Of a stretch of DNA of 64,000 nucleotides, positions 12,113 through 20,573 are shown piece by piece. A program made the translations under genes and the position numbers. Each line of letters opens with the position of its first letter. Within the stretch, counting starts at the first letter, position 1. The DNA comes from Spirochaetia bacterium (lineage in GTDB: Bacteria > Spirochaetota > Spirochaetia > CAKZLE01): the NCBI GenBank assembly GCA_963677595.1, contig OY782041.1:96001-160000 (forward strand), given 5' to 3'. The notes beneath the pieces are model-generated. The model searched no databases and had not been told where the DNA came from. It saw nothing but the letters and a program-made list of their open reading frames with translations.

Positions 12113-13295
12113 GATAGCCTCCTGCAATGAACTCCCGGTGTGACGGCAGGATGAACTCTTCACTCCTGCAGGGCTCCGTGATGCTGAGGCGGCTGCATAC
12201 CATTTCGGCGGCAGCGGACCCCATCCCCCTGAGCGTCGTGGCCTTGCCGCCTGCGATACTCACCAGGTTGGGGATCCCGTCCGCCGTGCTGTGGTCCACC
12301 GCCATGAAGTCGCGGCTCAGCGTCCGCACATCCGCTGTCGTGTCGGAGACCCCGAAGAGGGGTCTGGCAGCTGCCCAGGCCGTATGGCGCGGCTGGCTGC
12401 TGAATCCGGGGAACATGGCATCCGCTGAATCGAGGAGGAACGAGATATCGCCATTGGGGATCCTCACGATGTCGGGGTCGTCCGAGAGGTATTGGGTGGA
12501 ACCGATGATCGTCAGGCCCCTCTGCGGCACGATGATATCGCCGTCACCGGCGGGGTGGAGCCTGCTCACCACCATATTGGACAGACGGCCTTTCACCGCC
12601 AGCATGGTACCCGGGGAGGGCGAGACCTGCAGGGAAGCCCCTGCCATCTGCGCGATCCGGCCAGCCCACGGGCCTGCCGCGTTGATATAGGCATCGCCGA
12701 TGAGCAGCCGCTCTTCTCCCGTCGTATGGTCGAGCACCCTGAGGGCGGTTATCGCTCCTTCATGGGTCTCTATATCGATCACCTCCGTGTAGGGGCAGAT
12801 CTCGGCAAGCCCGGTCCTCATGGCACCCGCGGCGAAGCTGATCACCAGGCGCCAGGGGTCCAGGGTACCGTCCGGGACCAGCACGGCTCTCCTGATCGTC
12901 GGGGCAAGGGACTTCTCGTAGGCAAGGGCCCTGCTGACAGAAACTTCCTCCGCGGGTATGCCGCTCTCCCGGCAGGCCTCGATGAATTCTTCGGTATACT
13001 GCGCATCCTTATCATCCACTGCAACAAAGAGCCCCATATTATACTCCACGGCCTCCGGGGCGATCTTTCTGAGGACCGCACTCTCGTGCATGCACTCCCG
13101 TGCGATGTTCCGGTCCCCCATCGCATACCGTGCCCCGCAGTGAAGCTGCCCGTGATGCCGCCCGGTGGTCCCCGAGGTCAGTTCACCCCGTTCGACCAGG
13201 GTGACCGACACTCCCCTGAGGGTGAGGTCGTACATGGCGGCAATACCCGTACCCCCTCCCCCGATGATGACGACGTGCCCGGTCTCTCTCCTCAT
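12099..13295 (-). CDS. FAD-dependent glycerol-3-phosphate dehydrogenase-like oxidoreductase (GlpA family)
   Basis: IIGGGGTG, SGTTGRHHGQLHCGARYA, INAAGPWA, GGKATT. Confidence 0.85.
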   Translation of the reverse strand: MRRETGHVVIIGGGGTGIAAMYDLTLRGVSVTLVERGELTSGTTGRHHGQLHCGARYAMGDRNIARECMHESAVLRKIAPEAVEYNMGLFVAVDDKDAQYTEEFIEACRESGIPAEEVSVSRALAYEKSLAPTIRRAVLVPDGTLDPWRLVISFAAGAMRTGLAEICPYTEVIDIETHEGAITALRVLDHTTGEERLLIGDAYINAAGPWAGRIAQMAGASLQVSPSPGTMLAVKGRLSNMVVSRLHPAGDGDIIVPQRGLTIIGSTQYLSDDPDIVRIPNGDISFLLDSADAMFPGFSSQPRHTAWAAARPLFGVSDTTADVRTLSRDFMAVDHSTADGIPNLVSIAGGKATTLRGMGSAAAEMVCSRLSITEPCRSEEFILPSHREFIAGGYHGKQ

Positions 13296-13360
13296 GCATT
13301 TCCCTCCTCACTCCTCTGGACAATCTCCATCATACCACATAAGATGGTATCAGACACGAA

Positions 13361-13547
13361 TAAGAAGGAGTGCCGAGGCAGATGAGGATATAAGAAGGAG
13401 TAGCTTACATACAGTTCGATGTAATCATACTCTTCGTACGTCTCATCATTATGTGACCGGGCACTGCATGACCAATCTGGATAACATTCCGTAATACAGA
13501 CAATCCGTGCGTCTTTCCAGTGCCCGTACCAGGTACTGGAGGTATCT
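13361..13547 (+). promoter_or_regulatory. Structured leader / putative translational attenuator of the ABC-F gene
   Basis: uORF ATG AGG ATA TAA after AAGGAG; RBS-sequestering hairpin and a competing helix. Confidence 0.5.
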
Positions 13548-15029
13548 ATGTATATACAGGTGACTGATCTTTCTTTCGGCTGGGATTCCCCGCTCATCCT
13601 GAACTTGAGCTGCAGGTTCGAGACAGGCTGGACCGGGATCACAGGAGTGAACGGCTCGGGGAAGACGACGCTGCTGAACCTGCTTACCGGAGGGCTCCTG
13701 CCGGAATCAGGCGACATCCAGGTCGCGGGGAGTCTCCTCTACTGCAGGCAGGTACCGGAACCATTCCCTGCAGAAGCAGAAAGTCTCTTCGATGACTACT
13801 CAGCCGAAGCGTATCGGGTGAAGCGCCTCTATGGGCTGGAAGAGGTCTGGCGATACCGCCCGGAGACTTTGAGCCATGGGGAGCGTAAGCGGATACAGGT
13901 CGCTGCCGCGATCTGGCTCGCCCCTGACATCCTCATCCTCGATGAACCGACGAACCACCTGGACTCAGAGAGCAAGGCGGTGCTCACTGCAGCACTCAAG
14001 CAGTTTCGGGGGGTCGGGATCATCGTAAGCCATGACCGGCAGCTCCTCGATGAACTGACGAACCGGACACTCTTCCTGGAGCCGCCGGGTCATGACCTGC
14101 GGGAACAGCCCTATTCTGAAGCTGTGAAGGTTCGTGATGAGGAAGCAGCATGGAATGCTTCGAGGAGGGCTTCCCTCCAGAAGCAGATCCGAAGGCTGGA
14201 GGGGCAGGCGGCAGCGTACAGGAGACTTGCCCGAGGGGCAGACAAGAGGAGTTCCAAGAGCCGCCTTGACCCGAAGGACCATGACGGACGGCTGAAGCTC
14301 GACTGCGCACGGCTCCTCGGGAAGGATGCCATGCATGGGAAGATGCTCAACCAGCTACAGGGCCGCATCCGGCAGGAGCAGGAGAAGGCAGATGCACTTC
14401 TCCTTACAAAGAGACCGACCTTCGATTTCGCCCTTCACTTCACCCCGGACAGACGCAGGTACCAGTTCATGCTCGAAGAAGGAGAGATCCGTATGGGGGA
14501 TAAACTGCTCACCTACCCTGACCTTTCTCTGGGGAGCGGGGACCATGCAGCCCTGACCGGAGTGAACGGGTCGGGGAAATCGACCCTCCTCAAGATGATC
14601 TATCCCCACTGCAGGGAGGAGGAGACGCTGTACATCCCCCAGGAGATCCCTGCTGCAGGGCAGGATTCGTTCTTCCGCAGGGTCAACAGCCTCCCGAACC
14701 ATGACCGGGGGGAGCTCTATGCCATCATGGCTGCGCTCGGGTCAGATCCCAGGCGAGTCCTCGCCGCGGAGTCACCGAGCCCCGGGGAACTCAGGAAGCT
14801 GCTGATCGCTGACGCCATACGGGGTCAGATCGCCCTGATGATCCTGGATGAGCCCACGAACCACCTGGACCTGAAGTCCATCGAAGCCCTGGAGTCTGCA
14901 CTCTCAGCATACCGGGCAGCACTTCTTCTGGTGAGCCATGATGCGTACTTCCTGCAGGGGACGACGGACCGTCGATGGGAGATCACAGAAGGAGAGCCTG
15001 ATACGTATACGCTCAGGATACGAAGCTGA
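13548..15029 (+). CDS. ABC-F family ATP-binding protein
   Basis: Two ABC domains (GVNGSGKT/S, LDEPTNHLD twice), helical linker, no TM segment. Confidence 0.9.
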   Translation: MYIQVTDLSFGWDSPLILNLSCRFETGWTGITGVNGSGKTTLLNLLTGGLLPESGDIQVAGSLLYCRQVPEPFPAEAESLFDDYSAEAYRVKRLYGLEEVWRYRPETLSHGERKRIQVAAAIWLAPDILILDEPTNHLDSESKAVLTAALKQFRGVGIIVSHDRQLLDELTNRTLFLEPPGHDLREQPYSEAVKVRDEEAAWNASRRASLQKQIRRLEGQAAAYRRLARGADKRSSKSRLDPKDHDGRLKLDCARLLGKDAMHGKMLNQLQGRIRQEQEKADALLLTKRPTFDFALHFTPDRRRYQFMLEEGEIRMGDKLLTYPDLSLGSGDHAALTGVNGSGKSTLLKMIYPHCREEETLYIPQEIPAAGQDSFFRRVNSLPNHDRGELYAIMAALGSDPRRVLAAESPSPGELRKLLIADAIRGQIALMILDEPTNHLDLKSIEALESALSAYRAALLLVSHDAYFLQGTTDRRWEITEGEPDTYTLRIRS

Positions 15030-15079
15030 TATCGCGGTGTTTATGCCTAAAGAGATGCTCTTTTCGTTCCTGTACTCGC

Positions 15080-15562
15080 CTACTCCCTCTTTGCTGCACG
15101 TATCATGAGGACGGGGACCGTACCGGCTCGCAGGACCTTGTCGGTGACGCTGCCGAAAGCCCAGCGGCTGAAGCCGGAACGACCGTGGGTCGACATGGCT
15201 ACCAGGTCGCAGCCGAGCTCCTCCTCTGCCTTCACGATCTCCTCAGCCGGGTGGTTGTTCCCGGAGAGGACGAGGGTCTCGACCTCTGCCCCGCAGCCTT
15301 TCAGTCTTGCCGCGGCATGCTCAAGGTAGGCCTTTGACTCAGCCTGAAGCTTCTCCATCTCCTCATGGGTATAGGGGACGAATACCGCACCGTCGGAACC
15401 GCTCGTGACATCGAGCTGATGGGTCAGCGAGGTGATGACATGCAGCAGGACGACGGTGACGTGTTCGGTAGGCGATAACCTGGAGATTAGGGTGTTTACG
15501 TAATCGAGAGCAGCTTCCCCAAGTCCTGATCCATCGAGTGGGACCAAAATCTTCTCTGACAT
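15080..15562 (-). CDS. Universal stress protein (copy 2)
   Basis: KILVPLDGS...DLVAMSTHGRSG...GSVTDKVLR. Confidence 0.93.
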   Translation of the reverse strand: MSEKILVPLDGSGLGEAALDYVNTLISRLSPTEHVTVVLLHVITSLTHQLDVTSGSDGAVFVPYTHEEMEKLQAESKAYLEHAAARLKGCGAEVETLVLSGNNHPAEEIVKAEEELGCDLVAMSTHGRSGFSRWAFGSVTDKVLRAGTVPVLMIRAAKRE

Positions 15563-15738
15563 AGCGCTCCTCCATATATCTCACGTATACTACCAGAGAT
15601 ATGCACTTTCACGGGGAAGGAGCTTCATCACATCATGAGCGTGTTCGAGGAGAACGACCGAGTACCATGGGCACTGGGCCATACCCCCGATACCACGGTC
15701 TCAGCTTAATGAGAAAGACGCTTCAATGGATCGTGGGC

Positions 15739-16218
15739 CTACTCTTTCTTCGCGGCACGCACCATGAGGACGGGGACCTTACCTGCACGCAGGACCTTGT
15801 CGGTGACACTGCCGAATGCCCAGCGGCTCAGGCCGGAACGGCCGTGTGTGGACATGGCTACCAGGTCGCACCCCATCTCCTCTTCTGCCTTCACGATCTC
15901 CTCAGCCGGGTTGTTGCCGACGATCACATGGGCTTCCACCTCAGCACCGCAGCTCTTCAGTTTCCCTGAGGCCTTGTCGAGGTAGGCCTTGGACTCGGCC
16001 TCCATCTTCTCCATCTCTTCCGGGGTATAGGGGATGATGACCGTCCCGACCCCGCCGCTGTGGACATCGAGCTGATGGGTCAATGAGGTGATGACATGCA
16101 GCAGGACGACTGTGACATGCTCGGTAGGCGATAACCTGGAGATAAAGGTGTTAACGTAATCGAGAGCAGCTTCCCCAAGTCCTGATCCATCCAATGGAAC
16201 CAAAATCTTCTCTGACAT
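15739..16218 (-). CDS. Universal stress protein (copy 1)
   Basis: Same motifs; near-identical tandem paralog with shared GGAGCGCT RBS. Confidence 0.93.
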   Translation of the reverse strand: MSEKILVPLDGSGLGEAALDYVNTFISRLSPTEHVTVVLLHVITSLTHQLDVHSGGVGTVIIPYTPEEMEKMEAESKAYLDKASGKLKSCGAEVEAHVIVGNNPAEEIVKAEEEMGCDLVAMSTHGRSGLSRWAFGSVTDKVLRAGKVPVLMVRAAKKE

Positions 16219-16330
16219 AGCGCTCCTCCCTGTACCTAAAGTGTAGTACCAGCTATATGCAAAATCAAGGGAAGTTGCATAAAATAAGAATGAAAGCTGT
16301 TGGGAGAAGCGAGTTTCCTTCCCTAACGAG

Positions 16331-16468
16331 ATGATCGGTGCCAGTCTCGGTATCGCAGCCTCCAGGGAGCACGACAACGACTTCGATGAAGTCCTCAAGG
16401 CAGCCGACAGCGATATGTACCGGCAGAAAGCGATCCATAAACAGAACCGGCACGCATCCCAGACGTGA
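16331..16468 (+). pseudogene. C-terminal remnant of a GGDEF domain
   Basis: Translates MIGASLGIAASREHDNDFDEVLKAADSDMYRQK, the SxGxA...AD.xMY..K tail of GGDEF; rest absent. Confidence 0.65.
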
Positions 16469-16469
16469 C

Positions 16470-16497
16470 GAGAGCACGGCCGTTCCGGCCGTGCTCC
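16470..16497. terminator. GC-rich hairpin between convergent units
   Basis: GAGCACGGCC-GTTCC-GGCCGTGCTC. Confidence 0.55.
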
Positions 16498-16531
16498 CTG
16501 TATGCATCACATGAGTGGATGAGTATTCAGA

Positions 16532-17824
16532 TCACTCATCCTCCTTCTTCTTGAGACTCGGGGGCAGGATCAGGTTCAGGAGGATACCCACGAAGGTCGC
16601 GAGTGCCACGCCACCCAGCTCGAAGGAGAGGGATTCGCTGATCGGGAAGAAGATCCTCCCGCCGCCGATCCCGATGACCAGGATGACTGAGGTGATCGTG
16701 AGGTTGCGCTTGCATGAGTAGTCCACTCCGCTCTCCACGACGGTCCTGATACCGGCGCTCGCGATGATCCCGAAGAGCATCATCGAGATACCTCCCATGA
16801 CGGGAGTGGGGATGGTCGAGATGATGGCCCCTACCTTCTGGATGAAGGAGAGCAGCAGGGCGAAGACAGCAGCGCCTCCGATGACCCAGACACTGTAGAC
16901 TTTCGTGATGGCCATGACACCGATGTTCTCGCCGTAGGTGGTGTTCGGCGGTCCCCCGAAGAGGGATGCGAATGCGGTGGCGACACCGTCACCGGCAAGG
17001 GTCCGGTGGAGACCCGGGTCCTTGTAGAAATCGCGTCCGACGACCTTGCTGACTACCATGGTATCGCCGAGGTGCTCGGCGATGGTCGCGAAGGAGACGA
17101 GGAGGAAGGTCACGATCGGCACCAGCCCGAACTTCGGCATGACGAACTTCGGGAGCCCGAACCATGCTGCATCGTTGATCGTCTGGAAATCGATGAGCGC
17201 GAAGGACGGGAACATGAGCCCCATGATCAGGGTGAAGATATACCCGCCGATGATGGCGATGAGGATCGGGATGACGGTGAAGAAGCCCTTCATCACGATG
17301 CTGCAAAAGATGGCGATCGCCAGGGTGACCACGGCGATCAGGGCATAGCTGCCGCTGTAGCCGTTCGCTGCATCAGCTAACGGGTACATCGCCATGTTCA
17401 TGGCGGTCGGTGCCAGGTTGAGCCCGATGACGATGATGACCGAGCCGATCACTACCGGCGGGATGATGCGGTCGAGCCAGCCTACCCCGAACCTGCTGAT
17501 GATCGCGGAAACGATCACGTAGAAGATACCGACGCAGAAGGCGGCACCCATCGCATAGGCGACCCCGTGTGAGCCGCTGATGGTGATCAGCGGTACGATG
17601 AAGGCGAAGGAGGAACCAAGGTAGGTCGGGACCTTCCCCTGGGTGATCAGGATGTAGATCAGTGTTCCCATACCTGAGGTGAAGAGTGCTACCGAGGGAC
17701 TCAAGCCCGTAAGCAGCGGGACCAGGACAGTTGCCCCGAACATGGCGAAGACGTGCTGAAGACTGAGCGGTATCCACTTCTTCAGTTCCGGCTTCTGTGC
17801 GACATCGATGATTTCGTGTGACAT
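16532..17824 (-). CDS. uraA: Uracil/xanthine permease (NCS2, UraA-like)
   Basis: LQHVFAMFGATVLVP, YLGSSFAF, AEHLGD, PNTTYGENIGV. Confidence 0.9.
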   Translation of the reverse strand: MSHEIIDVAQKPELKKWIPLSLQHVFAMFGATVLVPLLTGLSPSVALFTSGMGTLIYILITQGKVPTYLGSSFAFIVPLITISGSHGVAYAMGAAFCVGIFYVIVSAIISRFGVGWLDRIIPPVVIGSVIIVIGLNLAPTAMNMAMYPLADAANGYSGSYALIAVVTLAIAIFCSIVMKGFFTVIPILIAIIGGYIFTLIMGLMFPSFALIDFQTINDAAWFGLPKFVMPKFGLVPIVTFLLVSFATIAEHLGDTMVVSKVVGRDFYKDPGLHRTLAGDGVATAFASLFGGPPNTTYGENIGVMAITKVYSVWVIGGAAVFALLLSFIQKVGAIISTIPTPVMGGISMMLFGIIASAGIRTVVESGVDYSCKRNLTITSVILVIGIGGGRIFFPISESLSFELGGVALATFVGILLNLILPPSLKKKEDE

Positions 17825-17895
17825 ACAAACCCCTTTTGTGTGTATTTTGTTATGGTGTTGTTGCAGGATGTCTCAGGAGGTGTCATCTTCAAGAC

Positions 17896-17937
17896 AAAAA
17901 AATAGGTCTTTCCGCTCCTGATCGAGCAGAAAAACCT
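17896..17937 (-). terminator. Intrinsic terminator between response regulator and uraA
   Basis: Minus strand AGGTTTTTCTGCTC-loop-GAGCGGAAAGACCT followed by a T run. Confidence 0.7.
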
Positions 17938-18019
17938 CTGTCTATCCAACTAACCCTTTGATTACATCTTACAAATTCAACCATGCTAGAATTATTCTTA
18001 CAATGAATCTGACAGATTG

Positions 18020-18712
18020 TCAAGGAATGAAACGGTACCCCATCCCCCTGACCGTCCGTATATGGTTCGGGTTCTCCGATTCATCGAGGTGGTACCGCAG
18101 CTTCGCGATATGGACATCGACCGTCCTGGTATAGATGCTGGAATCATACCCCCACACATCATCAAGGATCTTATCCCGTGAGAGGATCTCCTCGGGATGG
18201 AGCGCGAGGTACTCGAGCAGCCGGTACTCCTGGGCGTTCAGGGGAATGGGCTGCCCGTCACACGTGAGGATGCCCCGCAGCCGGTCCAGGGTATACCTGC
18301 CGAAGCTGATGGAATCGGCCTCTTCCTCTGGTTTGGCTGCAGGAGCTGCGGCAGACCGTCTCAGGGCAGCTTCGATCCTCGCAAGGAGCACCCCCATATC
18401 GAAGGGCTTCATCACATAATCGTCAGCACCCTGCTGCAGACCCATGATCACGTCGATGTTCGTGTTCCGGGCTGTGAGCATGATGATCGGGCTGGCAGTA
18501 CCATGTTCCCGCAGATGCCTGCAGACGGTGAATCCGTCCCGACCGGGAAGCATCACGTCGAGCAGGATGAGGTCATGGCTGCCGGCCTTGGCCGCCTCCT
18601 CACCCCGGATGCCGTCGCCCTTCACCTCCACCTCATAGCCTTCGGCCACGAGTCTATCCTCCAGCGTCATCTGGACTCCAGGTTCATCTTCTATGATCAG
18701 TATCTTTGCCAT
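18020..18712 (-). CDS. OmpR/PhoB family response regulator
   Basis: ILIIEDE, LILLDVMLP, DDYVMKPF, RTVDVHI, IRTVRGMGY. Confidence 0.95.
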   Translation of the reverse strand: MAKILIIEDEPGVQMTLEDRLVAEGYEVEVKGDGIRGEEAAKAGSHDLILLDVMLPGRDGFTVCRHLREHGTASPIIMLTARNTNIDVIMGLQQGADDYVMKPFDMGVLLARIEAALRRSAAAPAAKPEEEADSISFGRYTLDRLRGILTCDGQPIPLNAQEYRLLEYLALHPEEILSRDKILDDVWGYDSSIYTRTVDVHIAKLRYHLDESENPNHIRTVRGMGYRFIP

Positions 18713-18713
18713 C

Positions 18714-20429
18714 TTACACCAGCCTGCAGGGGATCTCGACCTCGAAGCGACAGCCTGGCCGCATGGTCCCGTCGAGTCTCGGATAAGGGGAATCCAGCCG
18801 GATCTTACCCCCGAGTATGGAGACATTCCGCTTCACGATGGAGAGCCCGAGGCCGCTACCCCGCTCCTGGGACTCCTTCGACTGCGTCCCGCGGTAGTAG
18901 GAGTCCCATATGGCCTTCTGCTCATGCAGGGGTATGCCGATACCGTCATCCTCGATGACACAGCGAAGCAGGTCAGGGCGGATGAAGAGGATCTCGGCCC
19001 TCAGCGAACCGGGTTCATCCCGGTACGCATGGTAGATCCCGTTGCTGATCAGGTTGGAGACGATGAGCTCGAGCAGCTCGGTATCGGTGGAGACTGTCAC
19101 ATCGAGGTTCCTCACGTTCCAGTCTATCGCAACGGACCGCTCCCCGGCAAGGGCATCAGCGTGTTCACGCAGTCTCGAGAAGAGCTCTCCCAGGTGGATC
19201 TCGCTCTCCTGCCGGGTATAGCGCCGCTTCCCCTCGACCCTGGAATAGGCCAGGATGTTCTCGATCATGGTCCCGAGCCGATGGGTCTGCTGCTTGATCA
19301 GCTCGCCGTAGGAGGGCACCCTCGCTGCCGGGACCATGTCGGCCGCCAGGTTGTCCGAGGCGGACTGGATGACCGTCAGCGGGGTACGGAGCTCATGGGT
19401 GATCGAGGCGGTGAACTCCCGTTCCTTCTCCCGCTGGTTCTGCACCCTGTTCATCTGGTAGAGCAGCAGGATGCAGATGAAGCCGATCAGCCCGATGAGG
19501 AAGATGCCCGCGAGGAAGATGATGCTTAGCGTCCGCTCGATGTTCCCGCCGTAGTAGTCGATACTGGAAAGCCTGACCCCGATGATATCCTGGCCGGGCT
19601 CCAGCGTGATGACGCCTTCAAAGAGCCTGCTGAACCCACCGCCGGGTATGATATGGTCCCGGAAGTCGACCTCACCCCCGAAGGGTTCGAGCTTCATCAT
19701 GAAGAGCGGGAAGACCTGTGTCTCCTGCAGGATGAAGGGGTCGGAGACGAGTGAACTCAGGGGATTGAATGTGTAGCCTGCAGCAGCGGCACGATCGAGC
19801 GTCTGGGAATATTCCGGGTCATCGGGGCTGAGGACCCATTCGACGCGCATCTCGGGATGGGCGTCCTCGATCTCGGGGAAGATGTAATCGGCTATATAGG
19901 CTCCCAGGTCGATGCGGGCCGCGATCATCCGGTCCCATCCGATCGGTGAGAGGTAATAGAGGTCATTCCCGTCCTGCAGGAGCTGCGGGCGCAGTTCCTT
20001 CCCTGAAAGCTCCTGCACCAGGCTGTCCGGCAGCTCAGCACGGCTCCAGCCTGCCCCGGAATACCAGTAGGCTGCAGCAGACCCGCTGCCGGTATCGAGG
20101 TAACCCACCGCTGAGACCATTGGGTTCTCGCTCGAGGGACCGAACTGCCCATGGAGCAGGATGATCTCACTCTTTGCCTGTTCGACCGAGGTCCCCGATA
20201 GCAGTGCTGCCTGGTCGATCCAGCGGCCGAGCATGAAGATGCTCTCCATCTCCCTCGATGCCGTCCGATTGATCGAGAGGGCGAGGGAGCTCCTCGTCTT
20301 CTCGTACTCACCCCGAGCGATGTTCGAGAACCACCGGTACTCGAAGACACCGAAGGTGATCAGCACCGCACTCAGTGCCGCGACCATGCCTGCGAGAATG
20401 ATCCTGTTCCGTCGACTCAAACGTTCCAT
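18714..20429 (-). CDS. Sensor histidine kinase
   Basis: Two TM helices, ITHELRTPL H-box, NLISNG, DDGIGI, GSGLGL. Confidence 0.93.
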   Translation of the reverse strand: MERLSRRNRIILAGMVAALSAVLITFGVFEYRWFSNIARGEYEKTRSSLALSINRTASREMESIFMLGRWIDQAALLSGTSVEQAKSEIILLHGQFGPSSENPMVSAVGYLDTGSGSAAAYWYSGAGWSRAELPDSLVQELSGKELRPQLLQDGNDLYYLSPIGWDRMIAARIDLGAYIADYIFPEIEDAHPEMRVEWVLSPDDPEYSQTLDRAAAAGYTFNPLSSLVSDPFILQETQVFPLFMMKLEPFGGEVDFRDHIIPGGGFSRLFEGVITLEPGQDIIGVRLSSIDYYGGNIERTLSIIFLAGIFLIGLIGFICILLLYQMNRVQNQREKEREFTASITHELRTPLTVIQSASDNLAADMVPAARVPSYGELIKQQTHRLGTMIENILAYSRVEGKRRYTRQESEIHLGELFSRLREHADALAGERSVAIDWNVRNLDVTVSTDTELLELIVSNLISNGIYHAYRDEPGSLRAEILFIRPDLLRCVIEDDGIGIPLHEQKAIWDSYYRGTQSKESQERGSGLGLSIVKRNVSILGGKIRLDSPYPRLDGTMRPGCRFEVEIPCRLV

Positions 20430-20491
20430 GCCCTAATCATATAGGGGTTGGGGCAAAACCGCCAGAACTATTGGAGATACTCTCATCACCT

Positions 20492-20559
20492 TTTACATAG
20501 TTTACAACCGGTTTACGTTCCGTTAACCACAAGGGATCCCCATTTCAGTATGGTATGAT
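20492..20559 (+). promoter_or_regulatory. Putative OmpR-type direct-repeat site and -10 of the exporter operon
   Basis: TTTACA/TTTACA/TTTACG/TTAACC spaced 9-11 bp apart, then TGG-TATGAT. Confidence 0.45.
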
Positions 20560-20573
20560 CAGGAGGTGAACCA

